A stretch of 64,000 nucleotides of DNA, taken from the NCBI GenBank assembly GCA_017395505.1, contig JAFPUH010000042.1, positions 1,442-65,441 on the forward strand, written 5' to 3'. This document shows, piece after piece, positions 55,092 to 63,793 of this stretch (the first letter of the stretch is position 1; every line of letters starts with the position of its first letter). The notes under the pieces are model-generated. The model searched no databases. It had not been told where the DNA came from and saw only the letters and a list, made by a program, of their open reading frames with translations. The DNA is from Kiritimatiellia bacterium (GTDB lineage: Bacteria > Verrucomicrobiota > Kiritimatiellia > RFP12 > UBA1067). Made by a program: the position numbers and the translations under genes.

Positions 55092-55651
55092 GACAGGTTC
55101 TCGAAGGCCTGGGCGTGGGGAATGTTCCTAAAGTCGCAGACGATGCCGCCGTTTGCGTCCAGCTGGTAGAGGGCTATCGTGACAAAGTTCGGATCGAGCG
55201 AGGCCGTGTGCATTAGGGCGAAAGTATCATATGCGGCGAGTGCGGCGGTGCCGTTCGAGGTCATGGGGGCTCGCAGCGCGATGAACTTGCCGTAATGCGT
55301 CGCGGGGTCGAGGGGGTTTGAGAAGCTCGTCGATTTGATGACCCCGCCGTCCACATAGTACTGATTGCTGAGATACTTTTTGGTTACGGTCTGGCCGCCC
55401 TCGGTCTCTTCGACCTCGACAAGCTCATAGCAGCCCGCGCCGGTGACGGCGTTCAACGCCAGGGCAGATGACCTTTGCCGCTTGTTTTCGGGGACGGGGA
55501 CGGAGCCGGTGCCGCCGAAGCCTGCGCGGAGGAGCCGACCAGGGGCAGAGAAAGGCAGCATCGAGTTGACGGCCTCGGTTATCGACTGGGCCCAGGAGGC
55601 GCGAGGCGGCTCGCCCTTCAACGGGGCTTGTATCTGACCTGTCTGGCTCAT
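55088..55651 (-). CDS. hypothetical tail protein (187 aa)
   Basis: Track ORF trimmed to the ATG at 55651 (MSQTGQIQ), in an ATGA overlap with the upstream stop. Confidence 0.6.
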   Translation of the reverse strand: MSQTGQIQAPLKGEPPRASWAQSITEAVNSMLPFSAPGRLLRAGFGGTGSVPVPENKRQRSSALALNAVTGAGCYELVEVEETEGGQTVTKKYLSNQYYVDGGVIKSTSFSNPLDPATHYGKFIALRAPMTSNGTAALAAYDTFALMHTASLDPNFVTIALYQLDANGGIVCDFRNIPHAQAFENLS

Positions 55652-56532
55652 GAGCTGCCGTTTGCTCCGCTGTTGACGTGTGGCATCGTCCAACGCTGGC
55701 CGTCTGGCCCGTAAAGCGCGACGTTCCATGGCGACATGCCAGAGGGGACCGAATCGAGACGGATGCCGAGCCAGGTTGTGACGCGCTTCCAGGTCTTGTC
55801 GGGCTGACGTGCGCACTCGTCAGGGCCTTGCAGCCACTGGTGGGCCGCTATGAAGCTTGTGAGACCGGGCGAGCCTGCACCGCTAGACGGTGATGGCGTG
55901 TCGATGTAGCCGCTCTTGGACTGGAGATCTGCGGGACACTGCGAATAGACCTTGGTGCAGACAAGCATCGGATAGAAGCGCATGACGCTCTCGATGCCTA
56001 GCTCAAAAAGCCTGCAGAGGTCGCAGGTCGCGTAGTACTGATCGCCAAGCTCCTCCGGAGAGGACAAGGTGCCGTCCGGCTTGGTGTAGTTGTAGCTGCT
56101 GGCGACTTCTGCGTTCGGTTCCTTCTGCCAGCATTCTATGAAGGCGCGGTTTGGCGTCGCTCCGCTCGTGCCGCAGTAGGCGAAAAGAGAGACGTCGTTT
56201 CGGACGGACTTTATCTCCCAAAACTCTTCGAGCGGAGTTTGGGTTGTGACTGTCGAGCCGCCCTCGCCCTCGCTTGTCGTTGTGTCGTTCTCGGAATAGG
56301 AGATCGAGAGGATGCCGCGATCTCCAGGGATCCTGCGAAGCTGGTAGCTCTTGACGATGACGGTTGCGCCGTCAAGAGTGAGAGCGACGCCGCTCTTCAG
56401 CGCCGTGGCGAAGGTCTTGAGGACATCGTAATCGTCGTTGAATGTGGCGACAAGTCCGGCGGCTCCGCTTTCGCTGAGGGTCTGTGAATCATCCTTCTGT
56501 CGGACGGCGGTTGTTGGGATTGTCACTGCCAT
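55648..56532 (-). CDS. distal tail protein candidate (294 aa)
   Basis: First gene after the tape measure, with a 10-nt overlap. Confidence 0.6.
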   Translation of the reverse strand: MAVTIPTTAVRQKDDSQTLSESGAAGLVATFNDDYDVLKTFATALKSGVALTLDGATVIVKSYQLRRIPGDRGILSISYSENDTTTSEGEGGSTVTTQTPLEEFWEIKSVRNDVSLFAYCGTSGATPNRAFIECWQKEPNAEVASSYNYTKPDGTLSSPEELGDQYYATCDLCRLFELGIESVMRFYPMLVCTKVYSQCPADLQSKSGYIDTPSPSSGAGSPGLTSFIAAHQWLQGPDECARQPDKTWKRVTTWLGIRLDSVPSGMSPWNVALYGPDGQRWTMPHVNSGANGSS

Positions 56533-57398
56533 GCTGCTGCTCCTGTCTTCTGTTCGATACGCTTCAGGACGTCCAGCTGCTCGCTGGCGAGGCGGCTCAT
56601 GTCCTCGACGACACCGCCGGCGCCCATGCCGCCAATTCTGGTGAGTGCGTCGGCTGCGCCGCCTGTGCGGTGCGGGATGTCCTTTTCAATGGTCTTTTCA
56701 AGGGCGCTTATTGCGGCTTCAAGCTGGTTTTGACGGCTGCGGTTCTCGGCGAGGGATTCGCGCTGGTGGTCGGCGTTGTCGTATTCGCCCTTTTCGGCGA
56801 AGGCGGAGACGGAGTCCTTTATCTTCGTCTCGGCCTCGCGGTACTTCTCGAGTTCCGACTTGAGAGCTGCGATCTGCTCGGCAGAGGTCTTGCCGTCAGG
56901 GCTTGTGAGCGATGAGAACTTTTCGCGCCAGGCTTTGGCTGACGAATAGCGTTGCTCTGCCTCGTCGAACGCCTTTGTGTAGGCGGACTGCTCGGCGTCC
57001 TTGTCGAGATATGTCTTGGCGAGGCCGATCGCTCCACCGGCGACGGCCCCCCAAGGGCCGCCCATCATGAAGCCGGCGCTTGCGCCCTGAATGGCGCTTG
57101 CGCCGTATTCGACGGCGTTGCGGGCTGCACCCTGCTGCATGTGTCCGGCGGCGTAGGAGGCGGCCAAGCCGACACCCATGCCGGCGAAGCCGCGCACCAT
57201 CTTCGTCATCGAGGAAGACGCCTTGCCGATGTCGCCATCAAAGCGGTCGGCGGCCTTGGCCGCCTTGTCGAGCGACTTGGAGAGCTGGCCAAGCCCAGCT
57301 TGGCCATCGATGCTTGATTCACCGCCCATGGCCTCGATTTTGCGCTTGGCCTTGTCGGTGTTGGCGTCGACTTCGATTGTGAGCTTTTTAGTCGCCAT
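56523..57398 (-). CDS. tail tape measure-like protein (291 aa, very short)
   Basis: Coiled-coil ends flanking a Gly/Ala-rich hydrophobic core (GFAGMGVGLAASYAAG...GGPWGAVAGGAIGLA). Follows the chaperone gene. Confidence 0.7.
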   Translation of the reverse strand: MATKKLTIEVDANTDKAKRKIEAMGGESSIDGQAGLGQLSKSLDKAAKAADRFDGDIGKASSSMTKMVRGFAGMGVGLAASYAAGHMQQGAARNAVEYGASAIQGASAGFMMGGPWGAVAGGAIGLAKTYLDKDAEQSAYTKAFDEAEQRYSSAKAWREKFSSLTSPDGKTSAEQIAALKSELEKYREAETKIKDSVSAFAEKGEYDNADHQRESLAENRSRQNQLEAAISALEKTIEKDIPHRTGGAADALTRIGGMGAGGVVEDMSRLASEQLDVLKRIEQKTGAAAWQ

Positions 57399-57926
57399 CG
57401 TCGATTTCCTCGATTACCTGGAGAGGGAAGATCTTGTTGGCCTCAAGGGCAGCGTTGCGGTGGAGGAGCGCGATGACCGAGAGCGGGGTTTCGTAGAACG
57501 CTTCGCGGTAGCTCCAGCCGAACGTCGAGCAGGCGTAGTGGAGGAGGTGGGCGATAGGGCCGTCACTTTTTTTTTACGCGACTCCTCTTCGTCATCTTCC
57601 GGGATGACGGCGGCTACCGTTCGCATCTGCGCCTCGGCTGCACGGCGAATGTCTGCAATTGCAGTCACCGGCAGAGTGTCGGCCCATTGCATCGCGAGGT
57701 CCAGGAGGTTGGCCCTGAAGATTTCGCGCGGGTCGTGCGTAAGGAGGTAGAGCGAGGGCAGGAGGTCAAGCACAGCTAGACCATCAGGGTTGGAGCTCTT
57801 AAGCAGCGGCGAGTCGATGTGTTCGAGGGCCGCCCACATGGCAAGCGTCATGGGGCGGACGTCACCGATCGGCAGCGGCATTGCCGCAGCTACGGCCTTC
57901 TTCGGGTTGGCTCTGCGCTTCTTCAT
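57388..57926 (-). CDS. tail assembly chaperone requiring a -1 shift (or +1 A) at an A9 run; the zero frame alone gives 57414-57926
   Basis: ATG at 57926 (MKKRRANPKK). After KKK (A9, 57567-57575) the zero-frame tail is S/T/R/P-rich and looks non-protein-like. The -1 frame reads SDGPIAHLLHYACSTFGWSYREAFYETPLSVIALLHRNAALEANKIFPLQVIEEIDDGD and stops at 57388, overlapping the tape-measure ATG. Confidence 0.6.
57567..57575 (-). other. A9 slippery homopolymer (T9 on plus strand)
   Basis: Read directly from the sequence: gtcactttttttttacgcg. Confidence 0.95.
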
Positions 57927-57928
57927 CG

Positions 57929-58312
57929 TCACGAGGTGGCGAGGACCGTTTCCTGGGTGCACAGCGAGGAGTTGTGGGCCTCGACGGTCCAGCGCTTGAG
58001 GCCGTTGTAGCTGCCGGCACGCTGGATGGAGTCGACGATGTAGTGGGTGCTGCCCAAAAGCAGGTCGGTGTAGCTTATCGGATTCGCTGAGACGGCTTCG
58101 GTACCGGCGGCCTGCGGAGCAGGGCCGCGCACGGTGAGGCTGATGGACTTCAGGGTGTCGTAGCGGATCTCCTTGACGCGGCGGTTGAACTGGTCGTAGA
58201 CGATTTCGCGCTGCGGGGTGGAAGTGTCGGTGATCGACTCGATGACGTAGCCTGTAAGGGCGTCGACGATGCCGTATTCACCGGCGGTGGTGGTTGGGGC
58301 GCTGCCTGCCAT
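57929..58312 (-). CDS. tail tube protein candidate (127 aa)
   Basis: AAAGGAA RBS. Lies immediately upstream of the chaperone gene. Confidence 0.55.
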   Translation of the reverse strand: MAGSAPTTTAGEYGIVDALTGYVIESITDTSTPQREIVYDQFNRRVKEIRYDTLKSISLTVRGPAPQAAGTEAVSANPISYTDLLLGSTHYIVDSIQRAGSYNGLKRWTVEAHNSSLCTQETVLATS

Positions 58313-58328
58313 GTTGTTTGTTCCTTTC

Positions 58329-58745
58329 TTAGTTCAGGATTATCGATGTTTCGAAAGCGACGGTCGCGGTGATGACCTGGGATTGCCTGTCAATGGTCTG
58401 CGTGGTCTCCTGCCAACAGAACTGCTCGCCGTCCAGGGCGTGCATGACGATCTCGGCGGCGTCGAGGGCGCGGATGACGCCCTGCTGCCTGCCGGCGAGC
58501 GGGGCGAGCTCCGAGCACTGCACGAGAAGCCTGGTGTCGGACGGTATGCCGGTGGCCGCACAGCCGTTGCGCTTCATGTTCGGCGTGACGACGACAACGG
58601 CGACCTTGCCGGCGCTTATCCAGGCCTTTGCCTCTTCGTAGACGGTGCGGGTATCTTCGGCAAAGGCTTTGCAGCCGCCGTCGACAAGATCTTGAACGGC
58701 GTTCAAGGCGTCTTTAATCTTTGTTTGAAGCTCAATGATTTTCAT
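58329..58745 (-). CDS. tail completion/terminator candidate (138 aa)
   Basis: Positional call only: it lies upstream of the tube gene. Confidence 0.5.
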   Translation of the reverse strand: MKIIELQTKIKDALNAVQDLVDGGCKAFAEDTRTVYEEAKAWISAGKVAVVVVTPNMKRNGCAATGIPSDTRLLVQCSELAPLAGRQQGVIRALDAAEIVMHALDGEQFCWQETTQTIDRQSQVITATVAFETSIILN

Positions 58746-58752
58746 TTGACGG

Positions 58753-58782
58753 TTGCCTTTTCAAAGTGGGTTGTGGTATAAT
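58753..58782 (+). promoter_or_regulatory. sigma70-like promoter (TTGCCT-18-TATAAT, extended TG) antisense to the MuF-like gene
   Basis: -35 at 58753-58758 and TGGTATAAT at 58774-58782. It points into the 3' end of the minus-strand gene. Confidence 0.35.
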
Positions 58783-58848
58783 GTGCGGTGTCCGAGAGTT
58801 CAGCTGGTGGTAGAGACCGTAAAACCGGGGTATGCGTGCATCGCTCCA

Positions 58849-59955
58849 TCAGGCTCCTCCCGGAATTTTTGTTTTATAGAAACTCACGATGCCGATGTCT
58901 GGATCGACTATGAGATTCAGAACGCCACCGTCGAAAGTATTGAACTCAAGATGGCTGCGGCCATGCTTTGCCGGAGAAACCTTGTCAGGCTTGCGCCACA
59001 TTGCCGGCAGGAGTTCGAAATCGCCTTTTGTCAGAGGGATATTGCGGCGGTCGTGCTCCTCAGCGCCGACGTGAATGTGGAGATGGTCCTTGAAGATGTT
59101 GTGAGATATCGAGAGGATGCGGCCATCGTAGCCGCGACCAAGCTTTGCTCTTCTTACTTTTCCGGAAAGGACTTCTTGTATGAGCTCTCCGCGCCAATGA
59201 GCCACATTGCCGTCGAACCGTATCTGGTCGCCGAACGCTTCACGCAGGCGGTCGGCCTCCGGCGAGTTGTCGGCGATTGGCAGCTCTGCCTGAAGATTGC
59301 CGTTGAACGAAGGCGCGGACGCGCCATTAGCAGAACCCGGTTCCGGCAGCGGGACGCCGAGGGCGAGACACTCAGAGCGAGAGACCGAAAATATATCCAT
59401 GCCGGAATTGTAGTCGAACGGCGGATAAGGCAGGCCGAATCGGGAGATGCGCGTCCAGATGGGGTCGGTCTTCGGTGCGATCATCCGGCCCTGGTAGAGA
59501 GTGCCGCCTTTCTGCTGCCAGATGGCGGGCCAGTTGCGAGGCATCTTGCGCGGCTCGGCGCGGAGGAGTTCGTAGGCCGGGAACGCGGCGAGGGCGCCAT
59601 CGGTCGTCGCCTGAAGATGCTGCACGTAGCCCTGGGCCATCTTGCGGTTGGTATCGAAGATGAGATCAAGGCGGGCCTTTGTCATGAGGTCCTTTATTGT
59701 GCCGCGATTCTCTCCGGCATCATAGCTGCCATGAGTGAGCATTTCGCGGACAGCCTTACGGAACTCGCTTTGCGAAAGGTTGCCGGAAAGAGACTCGGCT
59801 ATCCGGCTACGCATGGCATCAAGGAACCGCACCTCCGCTACGCGGGCGGAGAAGAAAGCGCGGTCGCGCAGTCCAGCCTGGATCGAGTTCCATTGTTCGG
59901 AGCCGATGTCTGAAGTAACGAGAGCCTTTTGGAGTATCTTTTCAGCTGCAGTCAT
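58849..59955 (-). CDS. MuF-like head morphogenesis protein with C-terminal nuclease-like (PBECR-type) domain
   Basis: The ATG at 59955 forms an ATGA overlap with the upstream stop (alternative ATG at 59970). MuF-like core (TKARLDLIFDTNRKMAQGY...LPYPPFDYNSG). The C-terminal ~110 aa (ILSISHNIFKDHLHIHVGAEEHDRRNIPLTKGDFELLPAMWRKPDKV...) resembles phage barnase/EndoU/colicin-RelE-like toxin domains. Confidence 0.65.
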   Translation of the reverse strand: MTAAEKILQKALVTSDIGSEQWNSIQAGLRDRAFFSARVAEVRFLDAMRSRIAESLSGNLSQSEFRKAVREMLTHGSYDAGENRGTIKDLMTKARLDLIFDTNRKMAQGYVQHLQATTDGALAAFPAYELLRAEPRKMPRNWPAIWQQKGGTLYQGRMIAPKTDPIWTRISRFGLPYPPFDYNSGMDIFSVSRSECLALGVPLPEPGSANGASAPSFNGNLQAELPIADNSPEADRLREAFGDQIRFDGNVAHWRGELIQEVLSGKVRRAKLGRGYDGRILSISHNIFKDHLHIHVGAEEHDRRNIPLTKGDFELLPAMWRKPDKVSPAKHGRSHLEFNTFDGGVLNLIVDPDIGIVSFYKTKIPGGA

Positions 59956-60518
59956 GATGCGATCTCCCATATTGCTGCCATGGCGACTTCAGACAGCTGC
60001 TCGTCGGTAGGAAGCACAGTAGGGTCGGCGTGGATTGTGGCCTTTGGAATCAGGAGCCAAAGCAGCTCTCCGCGCTCATTGTCCTTAATGAAGCCGTGGC
60101 TTGAGTTCTTGGGCCAGAAGATCGAATATTCGCCCTCGTTTGCGAGCGCTCCAGCTTCGCTCGGACAGATGCCGGCGACAGAAGGATCGATCGGGATTGC
60201 GAGAGCCTTTTTCTTGGGATAGACTGTGCCACCGAAGTAGTGCAGCGCGACGCCTTGTCCGGGAGCTCGCGGGTCGTTGGATTCCGCGCCTGCAGAGATG
60301 ACGGCTTTCAGTCCACGCTGCGAATCAACCCTGACGGTTTCTGCCGCCTTATGCCAGAAGCCGGACGGCGGGATGCCGAGGCGGCTTGGGGCAGAGCGCA
60401 GGCCGCGATTGGTGAAATGGCGACGGACAAAATCGCGCACGGCTTCAGCCATCGCCGAACCCGCTTTGGATTCGTCGAGGATGGTGAAGTCGGCCGGGAT
60501 CTTGAACGTCAGTTTCAT
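59952..60518 (-). CDS. virion morphogenesis-like protein (Mu G / HK97 gp10-like, 188 aa)
   Basis: The HYFGGTVYPKKKALAIP segment resembles that family. This is a weak call. Confidence 0.5.
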   Translation of the reverse strand: MKLTFKIPADFTILDESKAGSAMAEAVRDFVRRHFTNRGLRSAPSRLGIPPSGFWHKAAETVRVDSQRGLKAVISAGAESNDPRAPGQGVALHYFGGTVYPKKKALAIPIDPSVAGICPSEAGALANEGEYSIFWPKNSSHGFIKDNERGELLWLLIPKATIHADPTVLPTDEQLSEVAMAAIWEIAS

Positions 60519-60533
60519 TTGGCGGGAGTGGCC

Positions 60534-61631
60534 TTACGGTGAAAACTGATGGTGCGTTGAAAAGCCACGGCGCTGCATTTCGGCCCAGTCTTTGTCGCGA
60601 ATGGAAAGGATGAGGTCATCATCCAGCCATTCCGGGTAGATCTTCACGCCCCAGACATTCTGGCGGATATACTTGCCGGTGAGATTTTTCAGGCTGCCAC
60701 CCGCGAAGAGGCGGAACTCGATGCGCGAGTGCCTGGCGAAGCAGCGGTCGGCGCGCGGCCGCCACAACTCCTTCGTGCTGGTGGAGTCCTCGATCGGCGA
60801 GGGGTCCACCGCCGCAAATGTGAGCGCGTTAAGTTCGACCGCCGCGCCTCCCTGAACGATAGCGCCGCGCATCACGACCATGCGCCACTCGTTCGTGAGC
60901 GACCTTTCAGGCGCGCCCCAAAAATCAGTGCTGGTCGAAATGTCAAAAAGACTCATGTCATGGAATTGGCGAAGCGGCGACTCGGCGGCGCAAAGATACA
61001 CTTCGGCGTCGGCATCAGCCGCCGCGACAGTGATGGAGCGGTCGGACGAAACACAAAGAAAGACGACCTGCTGCATTTCGTTTGATGCCGCAATATTCCG
61101 CTCCTCGCCGCCGACCGTGACGGTGAGGTCCGTGTCGGTGATTATGTTGAGAGTATAGCAGCCGTACTGCCAATCATCCCGAGCCGCAAAGTCCTCCGGC
61201 ATATCATAGCTAGCCGGCAGGCAGTTCGCGGACCATGTGCCCGTCGAAGAGAGCGGGAGCGTGGCGCCCAGGCCGCCACGCTCGACTGGCCAGTAGGCGT
61301 CGCCGAGGAGATCGGGAGAGTAGTCGCCGCCCTCGGAGACGTAAAGCGCAGGCTCAGTCGAAATCATCGCCGACACAAACGGCATGAGGTTGGTGCCGAC
61401 GCTAATCCAGTCCACACACGTCCAGAAGACGGTTGTGAACGACGGCACCGGGCTGGGCAGCCCGAACGTCACGAGCGGCAGGGTGCCACTCTCCTCGCGG
61501 CGGTTGAATGACATAAGGGAGCTGTCGCCGTATTTCGGCAGGGCGAGGAGATCCACCATTTGGGCCGCGACGGCGGAATTGGCGGACAATACGACGGCGG
61601 CGAGTACCGCCAGATTACTTGATTTTCGCAT
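60534..61631 (-). CDS. exported hypothetical protein (365 aa)
   Basis: Trimmed to the ATG at 61631. Signal peptide MRKSSNLAVLAAVVLSANSAVA-AQ. Confidence 0.6.
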   Translation of the reverse strand: MRKSSNLAVLAAVVLSANSAVAAQMVDLLALPKYGDSSLMSFNRREESGTLPLVTFGLPSPVPSFTTVFWTCVDWISVGTNLMPFVSAMISTEPALYVSEGGDYSPDLLGDAYWPVERGGLGATLPLSSTGTWSANCLPASYDMPEDFAARDDWQYGCYTLNIITDTDLTVTVGGEERNIAASNEMQQVVFLCVSSDRSITVAAADADAEVYLCAAESPLRQFHDMSLFDISTSTDFWGAPERSLTNEWRMVVMRGAIVQGGAAVELNALTFAAVDPSPIEDSTSTKELWRPRADRCFARHSRIEFRLFAGGSLKNLTGKYIRQNVWGVKIYPEWLDDDLILSIRDKDWAEMQRRGFSTHHQFSP

Positions 61632-62142
61632 TTTCGAGAATCTCCTGAACTTGAGCATCGGTGAGGCCGAGGGCCGCCTGAAGCGCGGCGCGGCCCTGGA
61701 CAAAGGCAGGGTCGTCTTCGGCGAAATCCTGCGCGGCGAGGTATTCGTCGTAGAGATCCTGATCGATGATCCATTGCTTGACTTGCGGCCATACGCCGAG
61801 CTCCTTCAGGGCGACGACGACGCGCATTTTCGAATAGGTGGCGGGCTTGACCTTTCGCCAGGCCTTCTCGTAAGATTCATACGCTAAGCCGCTGTCGCGG
61901 TTGAAGGTGTAGCCGGTCACCTTCCAGTACTCATTCGAGACGGCGATGCCAGGCGGCGGCAGCTCGGCGAGCTCGTACCATCCGCAAGCGACGCGCGCTG
62001 CGGTGGGGAGTGCGTGGAGGCCGACGACGACAGCGCCGGTCTCAAGGTTGCGGCCCTGCGAAGGCAGGGCACGGGGCCGGGAGCCGACGGTCGAGGCGTC
62101 CGGCGAAAAAATGAAAAGAGCTGCGAGGATAAGCGAGTGCAT
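61615..62142 (-). CDS. hypothetical protein after tail fibre (possible fibre assembly factor, 175 aa)
   Basis: Trimmed to the ATG at 62142 (MHSLILAALFIF), 5 nt after the fibre stop. Confidence 0.5.
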   Translation of the reverse strand: MHSLILAALFIFSPDASTVGSRPRALPSQGRNLETGAVVVGLHALPTAARVACGWYELAELPPPGIAVSNEYWKVTGYTFNRDSGLAYESYEKAWRKVKPATYSKMRVVVALKELGVWPQVKQWIIDQDLYDEYLAAQDFAEDDPAFVQGRAALQAALGLTDAQVQEILENAKIK

Positions 62143-62146
62143 GACA

Positions 62147-63793
62147 TTACTCCCTGATGATGGCGATCGGATTGACATACAGCGTGCCGGCGTATGGCCA
62201 GGCGACGCAAAGAGCGGTGTTTGTCGGCCAGGTGCCATAGCCGCAATATTCGACGTTCGAGGCGACCGTGTAGGCGCCCGAAGGCTGCAAGACGACAAAG
62301 GTCTGGACACCGTCATTCCAGCCTGAGAGATCGGCGACGAGATTGCCGCCGGACGGGATAGAAACGGTCTCCTTGCCTGTGTGGCGGGCAATCACGGCGA
62401 CGGTGTTGGTCGCGCTCCAGGAAAAGCCGGAAATTGCCTCTTGCACGAACGCGGTTGTCGCAACCTTCGTAGAGTCGTCGCCAGCCGTCGGCGTCGGCGC
62501 GGTAGGCGTTCCTGTGAACGCCGGCGACGCGAGAGGGGCGACTGCCGTCTTTGCAATTCCGCTGTCCACTGGGTTGCCGTTGACGTCGAGCGCGGCGAGG
62601 TTGCCGGCGTATCCGTGTCCGGCGGTGAGGGCGAGAACGCCACTTTGCGATGGAAAGTATATCGTATTATTCATCACGCTCATCACTGGCGTTAGCATCG
62701 CATCCCAAAACTCAAATACTAACTGCCCGCTCCAAAAAGACAGGTTTCCGTATAGGTTTTGGTTGCCGCTGTTGCCGATCGCCCCCACATCGCTTGCGGT
62801 GAGCGTGACTGCGCCAGTCTTGTTGTTGACGCTCGAAACGGGAGCGGTCTGCAGCGCCGAGTCCGCCTTATCGAGCGACGCCTGCACGTCCTGCGCGAGA
62901 GCCGACCTCGCTATGTTCGTCGCGGGCGCAAGCGACGCAAGCTCGGAGCGTCTGACAATGCCGGAAGATGATGTTGAATCCCAAAGATAGTCGGTGTTGA
63001 CACCGTTGCGCTTGACGGCGACGCCCGAATAGGCGTAGGTGGTCGTATTGTTGTTGTTCAGCGTCGAAGCCGTCACCTGAACGCCGCCGGCGGGCGAAGA
63101 TCCAGACCCCTGGGCGAGAATCTTGATGGTGCGGCCCGCATTACCTTGAACGCCTAGCCAGTTCTCAGAGTTTGGAGCGACTTCATTCAAGGTGTATGAA
63201 GGCTTCGATGACGCCTTCGCCCAGTCCGGTACATTTGGATCCGTCTCGGTGTAGGACTGCAGGGCGGTCATAGCCTTGTTCGAAACGACGGAATAATTGC
63301 CGGGAGCGGGGGCGAGTTCGACAATCTTTGCGTCGGTCTCGGCCTTGGTGTAGTAGGGTGCGTTCGATACGTCGATTGTGTCGAAGTCGAGGGTTGCGAC
63401 CGGCGGGGCGATGGTGTTGGGCGTAAAGCCGGGAGAGTCGAGCAGGCGCAATAGGCCGTTGGCGGTGTAGTTGACACCTTCAGGATCCGTGGCGCGGATG
63501 AAAAAGCGGTAGGAGGCCGCGCCGACGTCGTTGGACGGTGCGAACGTAAGGCCGTCCGCCTGCCACCAGGTGCGGTCCATTCCGTTCGTCTGGTAGTAGA
63601 GGACGGATGATGTGACGTTGGAGAGCGCGCCCGACCATACAGGGTTGAACCTGACTGTCTCGCCGTGATAGGCGGTGAAGGTCTCGGCGTGAGCTTGAGG
63701 CGAAGTTATACGCCATTCAAAGGTCTTTGCAGAGGCGGTCGCGGACGCGACCATGGCAAAACCCAAGAGGACATATTTCGTTAAGGTCTTCAT
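62147..63793 (-). CDS. tail fibre protein with N-terminal signal peptide (548 aa)
   Basis: Classic side-tail-fibre motifs (VNNKTGAVTLTASDVGA and SPAFTGTPTAPTPTAGDDSTKVATTAFV). N-terminus MKTLTKYVLLGFAMVASATASA-K. Confidence 0.75.
   Translation of the reverse strand: MKTLTKYVLLGFAMVASATASAKTFEWRITSPQAHAETFTAYHGETVRFNPVWSGALSNVTSSVLYYQTNGMDRTWWQADGLTFAPSNDVGAASYRFFIRATDPEGVNYTANGLLRLLDSPGFTPNTIAPPVATLDFDTIDVSNAPYYTKAETDAKIVELAPAPGNYSVVSNKAMTALQSYTETDPNVPDWAKASSKPSYTLNEVAPNSENWLGVQGNAGRTIKILAQGSGSSPAGGVQVTASTLNNNNTTTYAYSGVAVKRNGVNTDYLWDSTSSSGIVRRSELASLAPATNIARSALAQDVQASLDKADSALQTAPVSSVNNKTGAVTLTASDVGAIGNSGNQNLYGNLSFWSGQLVFEFWDAMLTPVMSVMNNTIYFPSQSGVLALTAGHGYAGNLAALDVNGNPVDSGIAKTAVAPLASPAFTGTPTAPTPTAGDDSTKVATTAFVQEAISGFSWSATNTVAVIARHTGKETVSIPSGGNLVADLSGWNDGVQTFVVLQPSGAYTVASNVEYCGYGTWPTNTALCVAWPYAGTLYVNPIAIIRE

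Noticed and set aside
58753-59913. 386-aa plus-strand ORF opposite the MuF-like gene
   Set aside because: Its composition is Arg-rich with many GC-shadow features. The minus-strand frame carries recognisable MuF motifs and operon coupling. Only the promoter-like motif at its 5' end was kept, as a low-interest finding.
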